Part shown: piece by piece, positions 15,171 through 27,267 of the stretch | Layout: each line of letters begins with the position of its first letter | How positions within the stretch are numbered: position 1 is the stretch's first letter | Source: the human T2T-CHM13v2.0 reference genome, Homo sapiens | Direction: 5' to 3' (one strand) | Assembly (NCBI RefSeq): GCF_009914755.1 | Contig: NC_060945.1 | DNA length: 64,000 bases | Translations under genes and position numbers: made by a program | The notes under the pieces: generated by a model | Told to the model about the DNA's origin: nothing | Database searches by the model: none | What the model saw: the letters and a program-made list of their open reading frames with translations, nothing else

Positions 15171-15664
15171 TAAAAACTGTTTGGATGTTCAAAATGAAAG
15201 AAACACTACAATGCCTTCAGAGGTGGATCTTTCACAGTTCTATTCTCAATACAAATAAAAACTGGGACTTTTTCAGTTAAGAGCACGCAAGGCAACCAAA
15301 GACAAAACAGGATCATGCAAATACATTGAGATACCTGCCACTGTTTAATACACACCAGAATACATAGAAAAGCTCATTGTTAGTCCATATGTTCTTTCTT
15401 GAAGTAAACTGAAATACTATTTGAATTAGCTCAGCAGAAAGAAGAACAAATTTTAATGATAACGAGCTATTTTCCAAAAATGAGACTAAGAAAGCAGTAA
15501 ATAATAATTTACTGCATATCCTATAAATGTGCGCAATTATTATGTACCAATAAAAAAATGTTTGAAAAAGAAAAATAGCAGATTGCTCAAAATTAAGGAA
15601 ACAACATAATGCCTTCAGGGAACGTAATAAGGGGATCTTGTTTCTACAAGGACTCCCTTTAGAT

Positions 15665-15851
15665 CAGGGTTTCTCAAACTTGGCACTATTGACATTCTGA
15701 GCTGGATAATTCTTTGCAGCAGGAGGTTGTCCATGTAAGGTTTTCAGCAACGTCTCTGGCATTTATCCACTGGATGCCAGGAACACTTTCATTTAGTTGT
15801 GATAGCCAAAAACTTCCTGAAGGCAAAATTGCCCCTGGTTAAAAACTGCTG
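15665..15851. mobile_element. MER20 hAT MITE
   Basis: 'cagggtttctcaaacttggcactattgacatt...ggcaaaattgcccctggttaaaaactgctg'; 8-bp TSD ctttagat / ctatagat. Confidence 0.88.
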
Positions 15852-16199
15852 CTATAGATACACACACAGATTGTCAGGTATTAGATGAATATAGACATTA
15901 GATGCAGATAACTATAGATGGAGACATATACAATATATATATATATGTACTGGTGTAGGTACTACTTGCTTCTCATCATGACTTCATTTTCAAAGTGATA
16001 AATGTGAACATAGAGTCTCACAATTTAAAATTTAGTACCTGGACATAAAATAGTTTTAGACATTTTTCTCATGCCATGTTCAAAAATCTCAGGGACTGAT
16101 TGATTCTTTTTGGTTCACATGCCTCCCTCAGATCAATGAACTTTACTCAGGGTATATGGAGTAATATAAATACAGTAAATCCTAACAAAATACGTAAGG

Positions 16200-16980
16200 A
16201 TGGTGTCGTGAGAGGAGTAATTAAAAGAAAGAGTCAATGCTGTTCCCCTAAAACAGAAGATTACAAAGAACCTAAATGAAATGGAAGAGGGAATGCTATT
16301 ACACAATTTAATATAGGAGATTTTTCTGAGCAGAAAGCAGACAGAGGTCTTCAATGTGAAAGGGCTTCACCAACCTCCTAAAAAAATTAACAAAAATAAA
16401 TACATAGATTGATGTCTAGCATATCAGTTCAATGTATCAACTAAAAAATCTCAAGAGAAAAGACAGTTTACCTACAACAGAATGAGTATTAATTTATATT
16501 ATTAATCTCATCTACAGTAGCTCAAAATAGAAGAAAATGGAGCTTTAATTTTCTGAGGGGAGTTGTTTTCAACCTATAATTTTATACCTATCAATCAATG
16601 AAAATAACTGGGAAATGAAGGTATTTTAAGAACTCAAAACTTTCAGCTCACTTCATCCAGTTTAAGGATTTAATGGTGAATTTGTTTGTAAAGATAAGCA
16701 GGAAAAAAGAAAACATGAGGAGGGGACAACGGATTCAATGAAGTAGAAAAGCAAAGGGAAGACCCAGAAGGACATTTGTGCTGAGAACCTAAATTGCAAC
16801 AAATCTAGACTAGAACAGGAAATAGCCATAGAGAAAAGCGTCTTTCATGGGATGGTACAAAGAATATTTTAGATATTATTGAAAGTATGACAATGTAATT
16901 GTTTAAGAAAAATAAAGGTCATCACTAACTCTAAAGAAAACAAGCTACAAGAGGATGTGAAGCCTATACAAAGAAAATTA
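16200..16980 (+). mobile_element. Probable very old L1 (ORF1-region) remnant
   Basis: A-rich strand with ORF1-like composition; not recognised at subfamily level. Confidence 0.35.
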
Positions 16981-16992
16981 AAAGAAGTCATA

Positions 16993-17061
16993 GTATACAT
17001 ACGTAACTAACCTGCATGTTGTGCACATGTACCCTAAAACTTCAAGTATAATAAAAAAGAA
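16993..17061 (+). mobile_element. Severely 5'-truncated young L1PA (~70 bp)
   Basis: 'gtatacatacgtaactaacctgcatgttgtgcacatgtaccctaaaactt.aagtataataaaaaa' is the L1PA 3' terminus; perfect 13-bp TSD aaaagaagtcata (16980-16992, 17062-17074). Confidence 0.93.
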
Positions 17062-17135
17062 AAAAGAAGTCATAATGTTGAGCTATTGCTGGAAAATTCA
17101 TAGAAATATATTTCCAAATATTCTCCTTTAACTGA

Positions 17136-17518
<383 letters not shown>

Positions 17519-17569
17519 AACAATAATATTCTTTTTAAAAAAGTCAAATTTTCTCTTTCTGGTTCAGAT

Positions 17570-17990
17570 CGGTTAAATAATAATTTACATATCTTAAGAT
17601 TCACCTTTTTTAGATGTACAGTGCTATGAGGTTGATAAATGTATACAGTTCTGGAACCAATACCACAAATAAGATATGGAATATTCATTTCATCTCAAAA
17701 AATTTGTTCATGTGGATTTGTATGGTTCTCCTCACAATCACTGATCTCGTTTCTGTCCCATTATTTTTTCAGAATGTCATATCAATGCAATGAGACAGTA
17801 GAGAGTCTTTTCTTGTATAGCTTCTTTCACAAGAATACTGTCTTGGGATTTATCCACATAATTAAATCTATCAGAAGTGTGTTTCCTTTTATCACTGATA
17901 AATATTTCATCTTATGGAAATACAAGTATTTTTAGGTATTCATCACTTGATATGTACTTAATTTATTTTCATGTTTTTGGCAATGTATTT
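17570..17990 (-). mobile_element. Old L1M 3' end
   Basis: 'ataatttacata...attcacctttttagatgtacagt...aataccacaaataagatatggaatatt'. Confidence 0.7.
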
Positions 17991-18294
17991 ATCAGGATCC
18001 CATCAGAAGAGATGGAGTTTCAATAACTGAATAACAGATTTCAGAAAAATTATGAAAAAAAATTATAGACATGTTAATATAAAAAGTATAATTTTAGTGC
18101 ATCGGTTTCTAGTTCAAGGGGTCATAAAATCTCAACCAGATTTTAATAAACTATGATAACAGCCTTCAGATGGAAAGCAGGTCACATAAAAAAAAACTGG
18201 GAATTAGAATGGCATGGTAATTCTCACAGGAAGCACTAACTACAGAGTCTGAGTAAAAATATTTTTCACCCATCCTATACTGATACATCTTAGA

Positions 18295-19385
18295 AAATAC
18301 AGCATCATAAATGGAATATTGGTAGAAATACGAGCATTAAAGGCATGCCTAGTGAGGGTTCATAAAGAAATGAGGAAAATGCTTATTAGAAAGTGGAGGA
18401 AAAGTAATCGTTATTATGTAGTAGCAGAAAGCTTGGCGGAATTGTGTCCTACAGTTAGTTATGTGGAAAGCAGAACCTATAGGAAATGAACTTTAATATC
18501 TAGCTGAGGGGATTTCCAAGCAATGTGCTGAAGGTAGAGCCTTGTTTCTTCCCATTGCTTACAGTGAAATGTGAGAAAAGAGAGAGATTGACGGAAGCAG
18601 TGTTAGGAAAAAGGGAAACAGGACCTGATGACTTGGGAAATTCTCAGCCAATCCAGATTGCAAAGGCACTAAAATTAGGAGATTCATAATCAAGAAAGCC
18701 TGTTCTGGACAGAAAGCCAAGGTGTGGCTGGACAACCTTTTGCTAGTACTTTGGAAGGATCAAAGGATCAGAGTATTCAATTACACACATGGCCTTTTGA
18801 AAGGATTAGAGCAGTGAATCATGGTTCCCCTCAGCCCTCCAAGCAGAAGCCAGGAATAGAGATGGTATTATAAAAAAAAGATTTGTGGATGAGCCTCTTG
18901 TCTAGTGGAGAGAATCCCTGAAACATACAGGGAATATTTGCAAGATTCTTAAGAATGTTGTGCCAACAGACATACTCAATGTCAGCTTGAACTAAAAGGG
19001 AGACAGAACAAAAGGAGGGAAGGCTATTGAATTCTCCAAATTCTACATGTAGAAAACAAATTGATAAAACTACTCAGCTGCAAACATGTAGAGTCTCTAC
19101 AATAGCAGCAGAGCCAGGAAACACAGAGAATGATTCTCAAGCTTTGAAACCTAATGTTGAATGCAAAAACAGATTTTGAAATTGCTCAGCTCTGGTGATT
19201 CCTTTTGTGAACTGGATATCTATTAGTGTTATCTGATCCCTATCTCACCATAGTATTTTAGGAGGCAATATCATGTTTTATAGTTTCACAGATCTCCCAA
19301 CGGAGAATAATTTTGCCCCAGAGTGGATAATAGTGAACGCCCTAACCATGACTAATTTAGATAAATTAGATTACAAGATTTGGGC
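18295..19385 (+). mobile_element. MaLR (MLT1) internal sequence
   Basis: 'gaaatgaggaaaatg...agtggaggaaaag...gtagcagaaagcttggcggaattgtgtcc...atctagctgaggggatttccaagca' resembles MLT1-int. Confidence 0.7.
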
Positions 19386-19389
19386 CTTC

Positions 19390-19829
19390 CATGATAATGA
19401 GACCTATATCCTAATTTCTGGAACCTGTGAATATGTTGTGTGTAAAGTACGAGACTCTGGGGATATTAAGTTAAGGATCTGGAGATGGAGAGATTATTCT
19501 GGATTATTTGGGTAGACCCAATGTAATCATGAAGGTCCTACAAAAGGGAGGCAGGGGTGTAAGAATCAGAAAAGACCATGTGATTGAAGATTGGAACTGA
19601 AAGAGAGAGAGTGATTAGCAGATATTTGCTGTTGGCTTTGAAGATATAAGATAGGCCACTTCTACAAGTCAAGGATGCAGAAAGTATCTAGAAGCTAGAA
19701 AAGGCAAGGAAACAAATTTTTCTGTAAAACCTTTAAAAGGAATGCAGTTCTATTGATCAATTTTAGACTTCTAACCTCCAGAACTGCATGATAATGCATT
19801 TGTATTATTTTAAGACGTTAAGTTGTGGC
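19390..19829 (+). mobile_element. MLT1D-like MaLR LTR
   Basis: 'ggaacctgtgaatatgtt...ttaaggatctggagatggagagattattctggattat...ctagaagctagaaaaggcaaggaaaca...gacttctaacctccagaactg'. Confidence 0.85.
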
Positions 19830-20291
19830 TTCCCCTTCCTAACTCCACCCGTACTACCACAGCCACCTTGTCCCTCTCCCATTCTCCTACCTTAGGGTAG
19901 AAGGAATAGAGGAAAAATAAACAGAAACCAGAAATTTTAATGCAATATGAAAGATGTGTTTTATGGAGTTTTCAGAAACTTGAAACAATTCAATAGAGGG
20001 GTTTATCAGAGTTCTTAGATTGGGGCCCCATTGGTGTCTTTCCTTCATAGGATAGATGTAAACAGGGTGGACACTGGACCACACGGCAGTGTATTAAACT
20101 GGTGAGTGTCGTTCGGGGGCTCTATGTCCCATTCTGCAATGTAAGGAACCGCCATGTAAGTAGAAGGTTAAGTAATGCTGTCGGGTTTACCAGTCTGGCT
20201 AAAAGTCACAGTAGGAGATCCAGACACAGGTATCCTTCTGGAAAATACTTGAAGAGGAGGCTTTCTCAAAGCAAAAGTCTCCAGGCCAATA

Positions 20292-20364
20292 CAAAGAAAT
20301 TTGTATTGTTTTAAATCATCAACTTTGTGGTAATATTTTACAATAGCAGTAGGGTGCTAATATA
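20292..20364 (+). mobile_element. MLT1 LTR 3'-terminal fragment
   Basis: 'aaatttgtattgttttaaatcatcaactttgtggtaatattttacaatagcagtagggtgctaatata'. Confidence 0.65.
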
Positions 20365-20794
20365 TCATCCATACTATTAATCTAGGGTGAAAGCAACATA
20401 AAATTACCCTCAGATATAGCTAGATCCCAAAATTCATTTTATGTACTCTTTTTCTAGGAGGATCTTGAAGGACGTGTCTTCCAAACAGAGTATAGTTCCA
20501 AAGAAGACATGGTATCCCAGCAACCAAATGTACAACACAGGAGACAGATGAATTTCTCATTCTTGTAGGCTACCATTTCTTTTGGCTTATTACAAAACAA
20601 CAGGATGCTGCAGCTTTATCAAAGTCTACTTATTTGTCCACTAAAAGTTTATGGCTATACGTTTCCAACTAGAACATCTGAACACCAATATATGGAATTC
20701 TGACAAAGTTAAAACCAGGAAGAGATCCTATGAAGGCTGACATTTTGTACATCTGTTTTATAGAACAATAAAAATAAGAAGAACAAGAATAAGA

Positions 20795-20975
20795 ACAGCA
20801 ACAACATTTGCAGTGAGTCTGCTCTCTATCAATGAGTTAAATTCTTTAACACACACATACGCACACACACACACACAAAATGGGTTTGATATCATTTGGT
20901 TATTAATCACATGTATAGATAAGGAAACTAGATTTAGAAAAGTGACATAACATGCCAATGTCATTATATTATTGA
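20795..20975 (-). mobile_element. MIR remnant with (CA)n
   Basis: 'tatagataaggaaactagatttagaaaagtgacataacatgccaatgtca' resembles the MIR core. Confidence 0.5.
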
Positions 20976-23249
20976 AAAAAGAAATTCAATGAGAATTGAT
21001 GTATTTCTATTTATAATTTAGGGCTATTGTGCCAGCTTCATACTAGAAACCACCAACTCTTATCACACAGGAAAAAAAAATCCAGTTTTACTTAAAGAAT
21101 AAGGAAAAGACAGAATTAGCCACAAAATCAAATATCCCCATATGCCTAGCTGAAATCTCATTAGTGTCACAATCATTTTAAAAATTTAAAATAAGACCAC
21201 TCACCTGGAGGTAAAGAGCCAGAGCATATATTTACTTGCCATGAAAAATGTTTTTCTTATACATAGTGCCTAAGAAGTATGGGATTTTATTTCCTTTTTC
21301 ACAGCTGGAAAGGCTTAGTAACCAATTCACTTTTTGTAGTGTAATATCATCTGGTTTTAGGCAGTGCCAGAAAAGAAATGAAAAAACAATTGAGCAAAAT
21401 ATATGGCTTTAAATGAATGTAAACCATGTGCATGGGTTTCATATCAAATTCTGAAATGTTTTTTCAGTTTGAATGTGAAACTATCTAATAAGGACAACAT
21501 TCTAGCTAGAGATCAATTAACTTATTTGTGATATTGCTTTTATTTAAAAGAGTAAGCAAATATGGACTGGGTGTCTATTATGTACTTGTTTCTATGATAC
21601 CTTTCATTTATTTTATAATACTAGGACTAACAACAATGCTATAGCATCATTTGAAGCAAGTATCCTGACTTCTGTGGTAGTTGTCTTGAGGGCTTTTTTC
21701 CTAACATTTTAAGAGAAAACTGAGTTAGGAAGATGTATTCCATCCAAAATATTTAAGCGAACTGACCTCTATAAGATGATGGATGCCAATAAGCTAATGG
21801 ATACATTCATTCTCTTTTCAAAGAGACAAAATCTTTTTAAAAACATTTATTACTATTTTGGTGCAATTAGAGAGGCAAAAGTCTAATTACAAGTAAAACT
21901 AAGAACACCAGAGTGTTACGTGAAATAGGTTGATTATAATAAAGGTGTTCTGGAAAGTTATAAAAGAGCTGCTGCTTTTGCTTCCAAAGCTCTAAAATAT
22001 TTAATAAATTAGAAAGAAAACACATTAGTTAAGTGTTAATTTCACTCAATTGTTTATCCTTAATTTCAATTTCCAGGGGGAAATTATTACTTGGTTTACA
22101 CAGCAGGATTTTTTTTAACCATACAGAAGTTTCAGGAAATTATTTTATAGAAGTAACGTTTCGACTACTAGTGGAAGGTGGCAGGTTGAGGATAGGAATT
22201 TACCTCCTTCCCTCCCAATATCCTGTGGAAATGAAGAAAAACTCATTTTAAGGTGTGTAAATCCAAAACATAGTTCTGGAAAGCAAGAAAGAGTGCTATT
22301 AATTCATTGCACTAATTTTGAGGACTTTCCAGAGCATAACACTGATATTGGATTAAAGGAGCAACAGAGTAGGAACAGTATAACCCAAAACAAATGCAAG
22401 ATCATTGTATTGGAGAGAGTCATCCTTCCCATCTCTACTTTAGAGAAACTAAACTCTAAGTCAACATTCACAAAGAACAGGGAATGATCCTAGGGACATT
22501 TAAAGGCAGAACCTATAGAAGGTTCTATAAAGGCTTCCATAAAGTCTATAGAAGAATTTAGCCTAATGTAACTCCCCGTCCTGATCACCGGCTATACAGA
22601 TGAGTGAGATATTCTTTTGTCAACTGCTTTACTGACCTCTTCCCATATACCCAAGCTTTATATTAGAGTTCCACAGTGCTAGGTAATGTGCTGTTTATTA
22701 TTCTCTATCATCTCTCCAACTTGATTTAAACTTTCTGTATTGCTTAAGTATCATCTATCTCTTGAAGACTTCCATTTTTCAAGTTTCCAACTCATAGCTA
22801 GATTTGAAGTCTGATTGCCTACTGACATGCCTACTTTGATGTTTCAGGGCTTCTGTAGTGACTACTCATTGGTCAGGGTTCATTCACCCATTTTGTAGTA
22901 ACAATTCATCAATCACCCTTCAGAGAATCAGTAGTTTTCCAATCTTCCCATGTTGTTCAAATTAGGTTGATTTCTTTTCTGCTCCAAGCATCAACCTATA
23001 TTCCATATTTAGTCAATCACATGAATCAGTTCTGATCAATGAGAGACAAATAAGTGGTTTTTGCAAAAGATATTTAAAAAAAAGAAAACATTACTGGGGT
23101 GGACAAGGTGAAAATAATATAAGCATGGATTTTAAAGGGCACATGCATGCACACACACATACGAGGACACATATAGAGACACAGGGCCCAGTGTAGAGGG
23201 ACAAAGACAAAATTGTTACAAAACAATTTGAACCTCATCTTCTAATGTC

Positions 23250-23968
23250 TTCCTCACATTATCACATTTTTGTCACCTTTGAGATGTTGCCATGTAGTTG
23301 GATTTCTCTTTACCAGGAATGCTCTGTGATCTTGGTCTTTGCCTAGCTGTTTCCTTCTCAAACTTCAGGACTCAGTTTAAATACTAACTCAAGAGAGATT
23401 TTGCTCAACTATCACTCAAAATGGCACCATCAACATTCTCTATAAAGGCTAGAAGATGTGGCTGCTATATCACTGTGTAGTGGTTTCATTCATTTGTTTA
23501 TTTTTATTATCTGTCTTTTCCCTTGAAATTCAAGCTCCGAGTCAGTAGGCACCAAGTCTGTGCTGTTCCCTGTTATAGTCCTAGAAGCTAGATTAGTGAC
23601 TGGCACCTAGTGTGCTCACTAAATTTTTTTCTTTTTTTTTTTTGAGATGGAGTTTTGCTCTTGTTGCCCAGGCTGGAGTGCAATGGCGCCACCTCGGCTT
23701 AGATGTCAGCCTCCCGAGTAGCTGATTCTCCTGTGTCAGCCTCCCGAGTAGCTGGGATTACAAGCATGTGCCACCATGCCTCAGCTAATTTTGTACTTTT
23801 AGTAGAGATGCGGTTTCTCCATGTTGGTCAGACTGGTCTCAAACTCCTGACCTCAGGTGATCGGTCCACCTCGGCCTCCCAAAGTGCTGGGATGGGATTA
23901 CAGGCATGAGCCATCATGCCTGGCCTCACTAAATATTTTCTAATGAATGAATTAATTAATTAATGAAT
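23250..23968 (+). mobile_element. L2 3' end interrupted by Alu
   Basis: 'aagctccgagtcagtaggcacc...gtgactggcacctagtgtgctcactaaat[Alu]attttctaatgaatgaat'. Confidence 0.75.
23624..23925 (-). mobile_element. AluS (Sq/Sp-like) with internal rearrangement
   Basis: 'ttttgctcttgttgcccaggctggagtgcaatggcg'; TSD tcactaaat on both sides. Confidence 0.93.
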
Positions 23969-24649
23969 AAAAACAAAAATTGTATAACTACCAAAACTTC
24001 AGAAGTTGAAGAAAGAGTCCTGAAATTATAAGTACACTAAATTCCTCATCTTATATAAAAAGGACTTAATAAATATTGCATAAAATTGGTAAATTTAAAA
24101 AGGAAGGTATAATTATATCAATGTTAGGATAGCAAATAGCAGAATAATTTATACTGAAACTTAACAGGCTTCCTTTCAAATGTAGAACTTGATTAATCAT
24201 AGTGTTAGTCTGCATAGTTTGGTATTTTTTTAATATGTGTGACTAAGGGTGAAGGTAAAGGAAGGAGGCTTTTAAAATTAATTAGATATGCCTCTGCTTT
24301 ATTTATTGACTTTTTCACATGTATTTACTTTTTTCACATGTATTTACTACTCTAAATTACAACAATCTTCATATCAATTTAGTTTAATTCATAGAATAAA
24401 TTCAACTCAGCACTAAAATCTGAAGTATTCCCTATACTATAAACTGATAAGCTTGTTTGTTTTATAACATAAATGAAAATTACTTAAAATATCTTACTAA
24501 AATTTTAATAAAAATTCATAGAAGTTGGATAATAAATCAGTATAAAGTACAGCCATGTATTTTATGTCACTGTTTTCAAGACACTAGCATATCTAAGGAT
24601 GATCAATACTTTGGTCCTGCTCTAAGGAAGAAGAAAAACAGAAAAAAGC

Positions 24650-24820
24650 TGACATTCATTTAGAAGCTACCTGTATGTGGCCCTCTGCTATGTCCTTGTC
24701 CTTCATAAATTCACACAACAACCCTGAGAGAAGATTTTGTAGTGAAAGGGACATTCAGATATTGGGAAACTACTCTAAGTTTCTACAGTTAAACATGTAA
24801 CAAAACTAGGTTTCACTTTT
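24650..24820 (-). mobile_element. MIR remnant
   Basis: 'acattcatttagaagctacc...aattcacacaacaaccctgagag'. Confidence 0.45.
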
Positions 24821-25575
24821 TTTTTTTTTCTGGCCTATTCTATTTCCCTATAACATATTGTTTTTATTACAAAAACATGAACATTTTGAAAATTTGTATT
24901 TAAAAGCGTAAGATGCTTACTTTAAGGTTTATTTTCATTTTATGCTATTTCTATTTGTCATTTAAATATGTGATGTTTCTTTATACCTATGTTGCCCTAA
25001 CATAAAGTATATTTTGGAGAAAATACGTTATATATTTATGGAGGTAGGCAGGTATGTATGTGTTTATCCAATTTATTTGGAGTGAAGTTGAGCACATTCC
25101 TTAGTATTTTTTTTTCAGTGAAAAATGTAGGACTATCTTCAATGGTAAAAAGTGAAGAAAAACATTAGTGGTTTTTGAAACACAATGTTTCAACAAACAT
25201 GTAAGTGAAATGTACTTCGGGCAATGAGATTTGTTGATTGTGTGATATAGACAGATATTTGTGAAGATGGATTTGGCTTTGGTAAAGGGAAATTAATTTA
25301 TAATATTTAAAATAGAGTTATTACAACTGATTATTACAAAATAATTTGACTTTTTACTTATGCCAACACTCAGATTCTGAAGAAAGCTCAGCAACATTGT
25401 GCAATATCAATTCTTTCCTACTCTTTGCATAAATAACATTTTTTCCATGTGCAGGAAATTTGCAAATTTCCAAATGGAGGATTTGAATATACTCATACTC
25501 CACTAACTAAAAACAGTTATATGTTTTTCATGAGCCCTATAGCAATTCTTATATTGGAAGATGCATATTGACCAG

Positions 25576-25943
25576 TGATGGTTTGGCTCTGTGTCCCTAC
25601 CCAAATCTCATCTTGAATTGTAATCACCATGCGTTGAGGGAGGGACATGTAATCCCCATGTGTGGAGGGAGGGTGTTGATTAAATCACCGGGGCAGTTTC
25701 CCCCATGCTGCTCTCATGATAGTGTGTGAGGTCTCAGGAGATCTGATGGTTTTATCAGTTTCTTGCATTCCCCTCTTACAATTCTATCTCCTGCTGCCAT
25801 ATGAAGGAGGTCCTTGCTTCCCTTTGCCTTCTGCCATAATTGCGAGTTTCCTGCAGCCTCCCCAGCTATGTGGAGCTGTGAGTCAATTAAACTTCCCTCC
25901 TTTATAAATTACCTAGTCTCTGGTGTGAGAATGAACTAATACA
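25576..25943 (+). mobile_element. THE1/MST MaLR solo LTR
   Basis: TG...CA termini; 'ggtttggctctgtgtccctacccaaatctcatcttgaattgtaat...gtgagtcaattaaac...actaataca'; TSD-like accag / accac. Confidence 0.92.
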
Positions 25944-26632
25944 ACCACATAATCAAAAAGTCAAATCTGAAGGTCATGTTGAAAGAGATGCCACGGATTG
26001 TTTACCAAAAGCAAAAGAAAGGTAAAAATTAATCTGTCTGCTTCATGTATTTGTCCCCTAAGAGTGATATGGCTTTGAGATTTCCTCAATGAAAACATCC
26101 ATGTCATACTAATAAGGAAAAGTTATGTCTGAGTAAATTTAAATTATTATGTTTATTTAAATATTCAGATAACATTACTTTATATCACTAGTTAATATTA
26201 TTCAAAGTTTATTGATATTTAATTTCATATGGGATTGTCTTCAATAATTTGGAAAACTCTTCCAAATTTGACAATCTTCAAGTCTAAAGTTAGAGGTAAA
26301 GCAAATATGCGTGTAACTATGTAAAAATTATTTGAAAGCTAGTGTGTGTGTGTGTGCGTGTATATTTGAATCATGAGGTTCTTTGACACTTACCTTTTAC
26401 AAAAAAATTTGTATTATTTAGTTTTTAGTTCAGATTCTGGGATTGAAGACTTCAGAATACTTACATTGAGCATGCTAGGTAATTATCCTTTATGTTAGAG
26501 ATATGGGTTGGAAGTCAGAAAAAAAAAACAGGGAGAGTAGAGGACAACATGTTCATTCAGCTCATGTTCTCTCTTTATAAATAAGCAATTGAATACTAAG
26601 TACCTTACAAATTACTTCTATTGTTTGCATCC

Positions 26633-26989
26633 TGTTTTAGTCTGTTCTCACCCTGCTATTAAAAACATACCCAAGACTGGGTAATTTATAAAGGAAAGAG
26701 GTTTAATTGACTCATAGTTCCACATGGCTGGGAAGACCTCACAATCATGGTGGAAAGCGAATGAAGAGCAAAGTCATGTCTTACACAGCCGCAGGCAAGA
26801 GAGCTTGCGCAGGTGAACTCCCATGTATAAAACCATCAGATCTTGTGAGACTTATTCACTATCAGGAGAACAGTATGGGGGAGACTCCCCCATGATTCAA
26901 TTATCTCCACCTGGCCCCACCCTTGACATGTGGAGATTATTACCATTCAATGTGAGATTTGGATGGGGACACAGAGCCAAACCATATTA
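26633..26989 (-). mobile_element. THE1 MaLR solo LTR
   Basis: 'gactgggtaatttataaaggaaagaggtttaattgactca...aaaaccatcagatcttgtgagac...gggacacagagccaaaccatat'. Confidence 0.93.
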
Positions 26990-27267
26990 GGTGTTCAAAG
27001 TAAATAAGCCCTGAGAAACTCAAATAAAACCATTGATTAACATTAAGTACTTGTTATTGAAACAAAACACACAGCTATCCTTTTATAATTAAGTAAATAT
27101 TTAATGTCTGTGTTTATGTAGAAATATACACTATGTTGTAAATTTATGTGCAGGATTTTTTTTTAATTCTTCAATTAATTTTATGCCTGAAATTTCAAAT
27201 CATAGTTTTAAAGCTGAAATAGGTAAATAGGTGCTGAAATTCATTATGTTGATTTATGCTGAGTACA

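Noticed and set aside
24309-24348. Short tandem duplication of acttttt(t)cacatgtattt
   Set aside because: Common slippage duplication with no further structure
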